Shown: one piece after another, positions 25,791-38,068 of the stretch
Layout: each line of letters starts with the position of its first letter
How positions within the stretch are numbered: position 1 is the stretch's first letter
Source: Octopus sinensis
Lineage: Eukaryota
Assembly: GCF_006345805.1 (NCBI RefSeq)
Contig: NC_043007.1
Coordinates: 53,878,001 to 53,942,000 of the forward strand
Reading direction: 5' to 3'
DNA: 64,000 nucleotides
Notes under the pieces: generated by a model
What the model saw: the letters and a program-made list of their open reading frames with translations, nothing else
What the model was told of the DNA's origin: nothing
Database searches by the model: none
Made by a program: the position numbers and the translations under genes

Positions 25791-25949
25791 TAACATATAT
25801 AAGGTTAGCTGGGTTAGCGGTTAAAATAAATGTCTAAGGGATAGAAGTATCTATTAGACTACTGGTATATTACCTACGTTTAACCATGGCCATACGTATG
25901 CAAGTGTATTATGCTCATAGGTTATAGGATAAACATGAGTTTATCTAGA

Positions 25950-26900
25950 ATCAAGATTTAAAGAAAATAGAAAATGGAGAAATATTGATGAACAACCGTT
26001 GACTTACATCAATTATTATTTATTAATTCAATACAAATAGACTGCATCCCATCTAACAGCTGTTTCTGCTTCCAATTTTGTATGGTATTGCCATTGATAT
26101 GCTAAAAATATTTATCATACTTGGTAATAAAACAGATCTGAAACATAGAGCTTCATCAGAGTGAAGAATAAATAAAAAAGAAGAGCCTAGAGAAGAAAAA
26201 GGAAAAGTTGAATATGGTTGTAATCCTACCATTTTTCTTGTGCATCTCTTTGGGATGGTAAGTAAATGACTAAACTTAAAATAGTATTTGGTGGATTAAT
26301 CCTTTGTATGGAGGGGGGATAGGATTGATAAATAATCAAAAAATAATAGTGGGATATTCCAATAGAATTTAATTGGAGAAGGGGTGAAGATACAATAAGG
26401 TTTTTGATTAATCATAATAATTTTTAATAATCATGTTTATAGTACTAATTAATAGTATTTATCATAATAAAATGCTAATCGAGTAAATGTAATTTTTTAT
26501 TTATTTACTAGTAGGTGGTTAAGCCCTTCCCCCTGTTGTCCAAAGTGAGATAGGCCAAGGTCCAACATTCGATATTGGTCAGTTGAAATTTAAAAACAAA
26601 AGACCAGCTATTGAGACTATTATACGGGGTAAGATAAATAAATAAATGAATGGGAAAATGGTGTACATTGTAAGGGGCCCTAAAATGCTTAGGATAAATT
26701 TAAAAAATAAATATTATGGAATAAATATTAAGAGAGAAAGCTATTCAGACATTTAGGAAGTAAGATGGTTGCGGGTGAAAATGGTCCAAAAATTTTTAAA
26801 TAGGAATGCGAAATTAGTAAAAACAATGAAAAGAATTTATTCTGTTGGAAAATTAGGGAAATATTTATGGTTAAGTTGAATATGGTTGTAAGGGTAAGTG
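25950..26900 (-). mobile_element. Penelope-like remnant with decayed hammerhead
   Basis: QYRMLDLGLSH GIY-YIG-region peptide at about 26550-26580; CTGATGA..GAAACAGCTGTT at 26050-26165; end sequence shared with 61215-61420. Confidence 0.5.
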
Positions 26901-27051
26901 GCCCAAATTAGAGACTGCTGGTCTACCATCCAGTGCACCTAATCAGTGAGCTGACTAGCCCATCGGACAGCTCATTTCACAGATAATTGATTAAACAATC
27001 TATAAATCAGTCAGCCTAGTGGTCAATTAAATAAGTAAAAGTAAACATCCC

Positions 27052-27871
27052 GGATCTTTTCCTTTTGAACGACAATTTTCAACACAATTTCTAGTTAACT
27101 AAACACTTTTAAACTTCATATACTGGTAGAATGTGTTTATAAAACATCATTTTTTCTTGGCTTTATTGAGAAAATTCTATATGTTGTAAGATATTTCGTC
27201 TTTAATTTCAAGCATTTCGGCAATTTTAACCAATCGTTGGCGTCCATTTAGGTAAATAACATTCTGTGCATAATGAATATGTCCCTCCTTTAAGAAACAG
27301 ATTGGGTTTATTTACGTTTGTGAAGAAAAAAGATACCCTTCCCCTAACCCTAACTAACCCTAACTCTCACCTTAAATCTAAAATAGACTGAAATGCAATA
27401 GATCGATACTAGGGTTATAATTATGGGTGACAATTTCATACGACACCGCTTTGGAAAATGGGATTTTTTCTTGCAGTGTCAAATGAAAATGTCACCCATA
27501 ATTATGGTCAGAGTATCGATCTATTGCATTTCAATCTATTTTAGATTTAGGGTTAGTTAGCGTTAAGGTTAGGGGTTGGGGAAGGGTATCTTTTTTTCTT
27601 CACAAATGTAAATAAACATAATCTGTTTCTTAAAGGAGGGACATATTCATTATGCACAGAATGTTATTTACCTAAATGGACACCAACGATTGGTTAAAAT
27701 TGCCGAAATGCTTGAAATTAAAGACGAAATATTTTATAACCTATAGAATTTTCTCAATAAAGCCAAGAGAAAATGGTGTTTTATAAATACATTCTACCAG
27801 TATACGAAGTTTAAAACTTTTTAGTTACCTAGAAATTATGTTACAAAGTGCTGTTCAAAAGGAAAAGATCC
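27052..27871. mobile_element. 820-bp fold-back MITE with 8-bp TSD
   Basis: About 390-bp arms starting GGATCTTTTCCTTTTGAAC and ending GTTCAAAAGGAAAAGATCC; TSD AACATCCC at 27044-27051 and 27872-27879. Confidence 0.93.
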
Positions 27872-28069
27872 AACATCCCTAATTAAATTGATGATTACAA
27901 TTTAAAATTAAAAATGAAAATACTTGCATATTATTTTTAGAGATGCAAGCTCTTACTACAACTTGCATATTATTTTTAGAGATGCAAGCTCTTACTACAA
28001 CTTGCATTCATACACAAAAAAAAATTCAACATACATATACATGCGTATGCACACACTCATATAAACATA

Positions 28070-28112
<43 letters not shown>

Positions 28113-28281
28113 ATAAGGGTAGAAATTGATATTAATCAATTAAAACCAGTGGCCTAGCATATTTTAAAAAATCAGAAGATTAAAATTTTTTTACATACAA
28201 AATTTAGAGGATTGACCACTAAAAGTGTACAGCCTGTATGTTAGATATAGATGTCAAAATCGCCATTTTCCGCGGAGAATG

Positions 28282-28312
<31 letters not shown>

Positions 28313-28567
28313 CTATATATATATATATATAATATATATATATATATATACATATAATATATATATACATTCTCCGCGGAAAATGGCGATTTTGAATCTA
28401 TATCAACATACAGGCTGTCCACTTTTAGTGGTCAATCCTCTAAATTTTGTATGTAAAAAAATTTAATCTTCTGATTTTTTAAAATATGCTAGGCCATGGT
28501 TTTATTGATTAATATCAATTTCTACCCTTATTTAATTTTATATATATTATATATATAATATACACAC

Positions 28568-28575
<8 letters not shown>
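28070..28575. repeat. Inverted repeat centred on an (AT)n tract
   Basis: 28105-28281 is the reverse complement of 28368-28541, differing by a few indels and substitutions. Confidence 0.9.
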
Positions 28576-28605
<30 letters not shown>

Positions 28606-28630
28606 GTATATATATATATACATATATATG

Positions 28631-28700
<70 letters not shown>

Positions 28701-28706
28701 ATGTAT

Positions 28707-28759
<53 letters not shown>

Positions 28760-28785
28760 TATATATATGTATATATTATTATATA

Positions 28786-28823
<38 letters not shown>

Positions 28824-28965
28824 ATATATATGTATATATATATAATATATGTATATTATATATATATTGTATATATATAAAATATTATTTGAGACAAAAC
28901 CACTATTTTGCAAAACAACAAGGAAAGACTTAACAATACATAAAATTAATAAATAGTCAAAAAAA

Positions 28966-29010
28966 CCGCCATACAATCGTTTCTTGTCTTGATCGACAAT
29001 CTTCAGGTGG
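28966..29010 (-). ncRNA. Minimal hammerhead ribozyme at a Penelope-like end
   Basis: CCAc-CTGAAGA-TTGTC(gatcaa)GACAA-GAAAC(gatt)GT-A-TGG: canonical core, 5-bp stem II, GUA site; stems I and III are weak. Confidence 0.55.
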
Positions 29011-31305
29011 ACTTCCAATCTAAAAAATCAAAATTATAAAATATAAAAAATACTTTTAAATAATTAAAGTATGAATGAAAAAATATAAGTATATAATCCA
29101 TATATAACCTATATATAATCCATATCGAAAATATAGACTAATTACCACGAATTCCCTAAAAAAACCATGATAAAACAAAACTCTTAAAAACATATAACGA
29201 TAAAATCTCCCTTTGCTAAACTCTATAACAACCTATAAAGTAAACCCCTAACCTAAACATTCACAACACAAATACACACACGTAAACCACAGACTCACGA
29301 CTTATACACATACCTATACTAACTTATAAACCTCAATATACACCAAAACCCACTCCCTCCCCACACAGACAAATTAACACATACATCCCAAAACCTAAAT
29401 AACAAACCCATATACACATTCACACACCAAACACACACTCACACGCAAAACACTCACACACAAAAGATACATATACTCCCTCACATATACGCCTATACAT
29501 ACTCACTAAACTCTACATATACAACAATACTACACACCCACAAAAAACATTATATACATTTATGAGCTTTAACTCACCTTAACATCTCTAACAAACAACT
29601 TGCAGTAACCCAATCCCATTCTCTATGCTACCTCACTACTACACTATTCCATTCACATTCCAAGCAACGCTAGTCCACCACCCGGTTATTCACGTGGCAA
29701 AACGAACACACTCAAAAATTATGAATGAAACAATGTAAAAAAATAACCAACACCTAAAATAGACAAAATACCACGAATTACCTAAAAAAACCATGATAAA
29801 ACCAAAACTCATAAAAGCAGATAACGATAAAATCTCCCTTTGCTAAACCCTATAACAACTTATATAGCAATCCCCCTAACCTAAACATTCACACACAAAA
29901 AAACCCACACGTAAACCACAGAACCAAGACTTATACACAAACCTATACTAACTTATAAACCTCAATATACACCAAAAACCCACTCCCTCCCCACACAGAC
30001 AATTAACACATACATCCCAAATCCTAAATAACAAACCCAAATACACATTCACACACAAAACACACACACACGCAAAACACACACACACAACAGATACATA
30101 TACGCATATACATACTCACTAAAACTCGATATATACAACAATATTTACAACCACACTCATACAGATAAATAATTAATTATACAATTAAAAACTCACAACC
30201 AATCTCATATACATAAACACTCTTATGAAAACAACATAAATACATCGTAATTAACCAGAATATCAAAAATAACATTATGACATAAGGATAAATCAAAATA
30301 CATACTTACAATTCAGTTACAAATTACGAAGTGAAATTAGATTCTTAGCCGTTAAAAAACCAAACAAAATTACGTTACCTTGGAAATAACTATGTAAAAA
30401 AAGAATACGCGCCATAGAAAGTAAACGTCATTCATAGTATGAATGGAGAAATATAATAAATGGAACTAAAAACTATTTCCACGTAGCAAACCAACGCTAC
30501 TTAAAAAAAATTTATTATGAATGGATTCTTTAAAAACTATCATGAAAAATCAGTTATAACATTTATGAGCTTTAGCTCACCCTAGCAACTCTAACAAACA
30601 ACTTACAGTAACCCATACTCAATGCCTACCTCATTACCACCCTAATCCATTCACCATTCCAAGCAACACTAGTCCACCACCCGGTTACAATTCCCAACTC
30701 TACCCATTCATTCACAATTTCAACGACGTTCCCTTCAACAACTCTACATATAAGCCTCAACATATACACAGGAGATACACTTACACAGGGGATGTATGTG
30801 TTTATTTATCCATGTGGGGCTGGAGTGGCCGTTAGTGCATATGCTGAGGCTCACATGCAAACCCAAGTACAACGAATGAAGTGGGCACTTATAATTGTTA
30901 TGGGTGTGTACTTTATTATAAAAGACAATACCCAAATAAAATCTGTCAATTCAACATACAAATAAAAAACAAAAAACAAAGGGATCTTAAACATTCACAC
31001 ATACATACAAAACTCAATAAAAACACCACTAAATAACACCCAAAAACATATAAATATATCCTCAAAATACATATAACAAATGCAAAATAAAAATACATAA
31101 TAAAATAAAATAAATAAAAATAAAAATAAAAATAAAAAAATAAAAAAATAAAAAAATCTAATATAAATTATTAAAGTTTTAACGTACCATAAACTGCTAA
31201 ATTAATATACATTAAAAGAGACGATCTTCTACTAGTTACAAAGAATTGTACTAATAGGAATCTAGAAGTATATAGAAAAACTATATAGTTTCTTTAAAAG
31301 ATATG

Positions 31306-31405
31306 NNNNNNNNNNNNNNNNNNNNNNNNNNNNNNNNNNNNNNNNNNNNNNNNNNNNNNNNNNNNNNNNNNNNNNNNNNNNNNNNNNNNNNNNNNNNNNN
31401 NNNNN
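31306..31405. other. Assembly gap (100 N)
   Basis: Run of n characters. Confidence 1.
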
Positions 31406-34400
31406 TTCGTACGAGCATGGGAGTGCGCCGGTGGAGATAGCCCCAGCGAGGTGATTGCGGCTGCGCTGAAGAGCAGAGGCTCCAAGAGGACAGCGGCTCA
31501 GATGGAGCGAAAGAGACAGGAATTCGTGCGCTCATATGCGCTTGTACGGTCGCACATTGGCGGTTGTACGGTCGCACATTGGCGCACTTGATGCCATCAC
31601 GAGCGGGGCAAAGATGGCAAGAATAGAGACGATGAAAGAAGTCACCCCCACCTGGTGGACGCCCAGGAGGAGGTTTTGAATGAGAAACCTGCCCGGGAAG
31701 TGAACCCAGTGCAAGTTCTCCAACCGGCAGCAAGGGCCATGAGACGGAGAACCCGGTGAAGGTAGAGGGAGGAAGAAGAACTAAAAGAAGGACTGAAGAG
31801 CTAAAGGAAAAGAAAACTCAAGCAGGACCAAATAGAGAAACACCAGGAGTAGAAGTGGAACCGCAAAGATGGAACCAAACAGCGCACACGGGTGTGTGTT
31901 TTCTACCTGAGAGGTTCCTGCTGGCACGGAAAGGAAGGTGCAGGCTGCCGCTTTGCACATCGGGGACCCTGCCACAGAGACACGAGTCAGATGGACAAAC
32001 CATCAACACAAAGAAAAGGATGGACCACGCACCACCTGCCCCAAAGCGGAGGTACGCAGATGTTTGTGCGCGCCACAACAGCCAACATGATGTTGTCGAA
32101 AGAGCAGCTGCTGAGCAACAATCTTTTTTGTGCATGGCACAAAAGATTGTACAGCAGCTGACCTGGCTTCATCAACCCAAGCCCGCAGGTGGGACTACCC
32201 ACTATATACCAGACCACCACAGCAAACAGACACAGGATGGACACCGCCGGCAACAACGTACACCTCACCTCGATACTCTACTGAATATCAGAGGACTGCA
32301 AACACTCAGTAACAGGACAAGATCCCGTTCCTGAGAGACTTTGTTGCATGCAATCAGCCTTATGCATAGCACTTACAGAAACGCACCTGAAACCGGACAT
32401 AGCAGATGCGGAGTTACACATACCACAGTATGCTGTACTACGGACCGACAGGAAAAAAGGAATCATGGAGGTGTTGCTATGTACATCCGTGAGGACCTCA
32501 CACCCCAGTCCTCTTGTCATACTCAAACTCGGTGTGTGACACACTAATTGTACATATTAGGCAACTTGATGTAGTTTTTGTGTGTGCTACATATCGCCCT
32601 CCAGATGCCCCAAGCCATGTGGGCAAGTTTGAAGACTGCCTTATAAAAATAGAAGAAATTCTAACCACATTAGAACAACACATAGGTGTGCTTCTTATGG
32701 GAGACTTCAATCTGCCCAATGTCAGATGGCCCGAGGGCCTTTCTCTCCCCCAGGAATGACAAGATGTGAACGAGGACAGGCGAGGTCCCTCCTGAACCTC
32801 ATCAACACCCTGTACATGGAGCAGGTAATACTCCAACCAACCAGGGCAGGTAACACACTGGATCTCTGCTTCACAAATGACATGGATCTCATCCATAATG
32901 TGAAAGTGACACCGACACTACTCTCGGATCACAACATGATAGAGCTGACCATGTACGGGCCAAAAGAGAGCACACATGCAGCCTACAAGAAACCCTCAAA
33001 ATCTTTCCAGCTTGAACTACCATAAGGCAAACTGGAAACAAATTGAGAAAGAGATCCTCAAACAAAACTGGCCTAAATGTCTCGCTCTCCTCGCCAGACA
33101 TCGACGTGAAACTTCAACAATTCATGTCTGTAATGCAAGCCATATGCTACAAATGTGTCCCAGAGAGAAAGGCCACTGTACACAAGAACAAAATCCCCAG
33201 AGAGGAAAATTTTAATGAGACGGCGTACGAAATTTTCAAATCGCCTAAACAAACAGATTGAAAGCAGTGAAAAGTCCCGCCTAAAAATAAAACTGTTGGA
33301 AATTGAAAAATGTCTGCAACTCTCCCATGAAAAAGAAAGAGCAGACAAAGAAGCCTGGGCTATAGAAAACATAAAATCTCACCCCAGAGCTTTCTTTCTA
33401 CAGGTATGCCAAAGAACAGCTACAGTGCACTGTAGAATAGGGCCACTCCGCGAAAAGGATGGCACACTTACAGGAAAACCACTTACAGGAAAACCAATGA
33501 GGGTAAGTGAAATACTGAATGAGCAATTCAAGAGTGTTTTCACTCCACCCCTTGGGCATCTCCAAATCACCAATCAAACTGACTTTTTTACCACTGCAGA
33601 TATAAAATCAGAGGCGGCGACGATAGATTACATCGATATAAAGGAAGACGATGTAACCAAGGCTATAGATGAAATGAAACAGACTCAGCTACTGGCCCCG
33701 ATGGATTCCCGGCAATCCTCCTAAAAGCATGTAAGAGAGTCCTAGCAAGACCACTGCAGTTCCTCTTTCAGAGCTCCTTCCTGCAGCTGGCAAACTTCCA
33801 GGAAAACTGAAGGAAGGTAAAATATGCCCCATTCATAAAGGAGGTAGCAGAGTGGAAGCCAAGACTATAGACCTATCTCTCTGACCTCACACATCATCAG
33901 CAAGGTCATGAACGAATAGTCAGAAGGAAGCTGATCACCTTCCTTGAAGAGAATGACTTGCTGCCCGACACCCACATGGTTTCCGACCAGGGAGAAGCTG
34001 TTTAACTCAGCTCCTACAACACTATGACTGGGTGCTGAAACGGCTGCTCAACCACTCAAATGTGGAAGTGATATATCTCGACTTTGCAAAGGCCTTTGAT
34101 AAAGTCGATCATGGAATGATATGTCACAAACTGCGTGATTTCAACATAGTTGGAAAACTGGGAGAATGGCTTCATGACTTTCTGAAGGATAGAAGTCAGG
34201 TGGTAGTAGCCAATGGGGCCACCTCCATTAACACACAAATAGTGAGCGGTGTTCCGCAGGGCACTGTTCTGGGACCACTACTGTTCATAATGGCCCTCTC
34301 AGACATGCCCTCAGCCACGCAGAGAGAGCCACGATCACAAGTTATGCAGATGATACAAAAGTTTCACAGGCAATACAGAACCCTGAGGACACTAAACACC

Positions 34401-35331
34401 TGCAATGTGAGCTGGACGAAATATACAAGTGGGCTGAAAAGAATAGCATGCAGTTCAATGCTGGAAAGTTTCAAGCTTTATACTATCAGCATGCAAAACT
34501 GAATGCAATACCCAATGAATACACTGGACCCGGAGGGATTGCAATCCCAGGGCACAATCAGTGCGTGACCTGGGTATTCACATGAGTGATGACGCGACCT
34601 TTCATGTACATGTTGCTAAACTGACAATGAAATGTAGACGGCTGGCTGGCTGGATTCTTAGAACCTTTAGAACACAGAACAAGAAACCATGATGGTCCTC
34701 TGGAAGACACTTGTCCTAAGCCACTTTGACTATTGCTCTCAGCTATGGTCCCATCCAGTGTCAAGTTGATCACAGAACTTGAGGCGATCCAACGAAGCTA
34801 CACAAAGAAGATAGCCTCTATGCAGAATGTAAGCTACTGAAAGACTCAAGAGATTAAAATTATATTCCCTGGAGCGTAGGCGGGAAAGATATGCCATAAT
34901 ATACATCTGGAAGATCCTGAGGGAAGTGTCCTGAACTTGGCATCGAGAGTTACGCAAATGCCAGAACTGGGCGCCACTGCGTGGTGCCTAGGACTCCGAA
35001 CCTGCCATCAAGATGTAGGACAAGATTCTGTGGTAGCCTGGGCTTCCGGGCCACAGCTCTTCAATATCCTCCCGAAGAACCTGAGAGACCTGCATGGGGT
35101 GGATACAGATGTCTTTAAAATGGAGCTGGATCTCTTCCTGTCAGGTGTCCCAGATGAACCAACTTCACGGCAGGTGGGGCAGATGAGGGCAGCTGCATCG
35201 AACTCTCTCATGCACCCAAATAGCAGTTGCTAGAAAGCCTCCATGAAGTGAAACCAAGTAGCAACACCCAAATGGCGGTGCCCCAGCATGGCCACAGCTC
35301 ATAAGCTGAAACTAGAATCAATCAATCAATC
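31406..35331 (+). mobile_element. Near full-length CR1-clade LINE (ORF1 remnant, APE, RT), frameshifted
   Basis: IALTETHL, GGVAMYI, YRPP, GDFNLP, LSDHN (APE); YLDFAKAFDKVDHG, SGVPQGTVLGPLLF, YADDTK (RT); (AATC)n tail. Confidence 0.93.
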
Positions 35332-35340
35332 ATATATTTA

Positions 35341-35389
<49 letters not shown>

Positions 35390-35444
35390 TATATATATTT
35401 ATATATATATATATTATATATATATATATATATAATAATATATA

Positions 35445-35488
<44 letters not shown>

Positions 35489-35494
35489 TATATA

Positions 35495-35546
<52 letters not shown>

Positions 35547-35550
35547 TATT

Positions 35551-35583
<33 letters not shown>

Positions 35584-35697
35584 ATATATATTATATATTT
35601 TATATATATTATATATAATATATTATATATATATATATACATATATATTATATATATATATATACATATATATTTATATATATTATATACATATATT

Positions 35698-35733
<36 letters not shown>

Positions 35734-35747
35734 ATATTATATATATT

Positions 35748-35782
<35 letters not shown>

Positions 35783-35802
35783 ATTATATATATATATATA
35801 TT

Positions 35803-35843
<41 letters not shown>

Positions 35844-35955
35844 TATATATATATAGTATATATATTATTATATATATATATATGTATTATATATATATTT
35901 TATATATATATATATATATATTTTATATATATATATATATATATAATATATATTT

Positions 35956-35990
<35 letters not shown>

Positions 35991-36002
35991 TATATATATA
36001 TT

Positions 36003-36051
<49 letters not shown>

Positions 36052-36078
36052 ATATATATATTATATATTTATATATAT

Positions 36079-36113
<35 letters not shown>

Positions 36114-36207
36114 ATTTATATATATAATTATATATATATATATTTATATATATTTTATATATATATATATATATTATATATATATATTTATATAATATTT
36201 ATATATA

Positions 36208-36241
<34 letters not shown>

Positions 36242-36254
36242 TTTTGTATATATA

Positions 36255-36298
<44 letters not shown>

Positions 36299-36353
36299 TG
36301 TATATATATATTTATATATATATATATATTTATATATTTATATATATATATAT

Positions 36354-36384
<31 letters not shown>

Positions 36385-36399
36385 ATATATATTATATTA

Positions 36400-36445
<46 letters not shown>

Positions 36446-36448
36446 ATT

Positions 36449-36535
<87 letters not shown>

Positions 36536-36652
36536 ATTTATATATATAATATATATATTTATATATATATATATTATATATATATATATATATTTATATA
36601 TATTATTATATTTATATATTTATATATTTATATATTTATATATATATATATT

Positions 36653-36683
<31 letters not shown>

Positions 36684-36812
36684 ATATATTATATATATTT
36701 ATATACATATATACATATATATATATTTATATTCATATATAATATATATATTTATATTATTTATATATTATATTTTTTTATACATATATATATATATAAT
36801 ATATTAATATAT

Positions 36813-36850
<38 letters not shown>

Positions 36851-37571
36851 ATTTATATATATATATATATTTATATATACATATATATATATATGTATAC
36901 ATACATATATATATATATATGTATACATACATATATATATATATATATTTATATATACATATATATATATATATTTATATATACATTATATATATATATG
37001 TATACATACATATATATATATATATTATACATACATATATATATATATATATATTTATATATACATAATATATATATATTTATATATACATATATATATA
37101 TATATATTTATATATACATATATATATATATTTAATATACATATATATATATATATATTTATATATACATATATATATATTTATATATACATATATATAT
37201 ATATATTTATATATACATATAATATATATATATTTATATATACATATATATATATATATATTATATATACATATATATATATATATATTTATATATCATA
37301 TATATATATATATATCTATATATATATACATATATATATTTATATATACATATATTATATATTTATATATACATATATATATATATATTTATATATACAT
37401 ATATATATATATTTTATATATACATATATATATATATATTTATATATACATATATATATATATTTATATATACATATATATATATATTTATATATACATA
37501 TATATATATATTTATATATACATATATATATATATTTATATATACATATATATATATATATTTATATATAC
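35332..37571. repeat. 2.2-kb (AT)n-derived array; distal half is a TTTATATATACATATA(TA)n minisatellite
   Basis: Almost pure A/T, with periodic TTTA and TAC interruptions distally. Confidence 0.9.
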
Positions 37572-37810
37572 ATCATCATCATCATCATCGTTTAACGTCC
37601 GTTTTCCGCGCTAGCACGGGTTGGACGGTTTCGACCGGGGTCTGGGGAGCAAGGGACTGCCCCAGGCTCCAGTCTAGTCTGGCAGAGTTTCTACAGCTGG
37701 ATGCCCTTCCTAACGCCAACCACTCTCCGCGAGTGTAGTGGGTGTTTTTTACGTGCCACCTGCACAGGTGCCAGAGGGGTCTGGCATCGGCCACGTTCGG
37801 ATGGTGCTTT
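37572..37810 (-). mobile_element. RTE LINE 3' tail
   Basis: catcatcatcgtttaacgtccg..gatgcccttcctaacgccaaccac; resembles 39835-40090. Confidence 0.85.
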
Positions 37811-38068
37811 TTTTATGTGGGGGGGGGGTGCAGAAATATGGGGAGCACCAGTGGGGAGGGGTGGTTCAGAGAAATGATGACAGGTTCTAGGCAAGTAGAA
37901 CGTAGGATATCAAGAGAGGGGTAATGCATGGTGAAATAGCGTATTGAAGAGGGGGGTTCGAAGAGTAGACACCTATTATGGTGGTGGGAGAAGCGACATC
38001 CGGGATGGATGGAGCAAAAATATAGAGATATCCAGTATTGGTGTGGGGTGGGCAGGGCGGTGCACCGC

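Noticed and set aside
26895-26985. Possible tRNA gene
   Set aside because: No cloverleaf could be folded; at most a decayed SINE head.
31756-32334. 192-aa ORF as a host gene
   Set aside because: It is a frameshifted mosaic of LINE ORF1 and ORF2 start.
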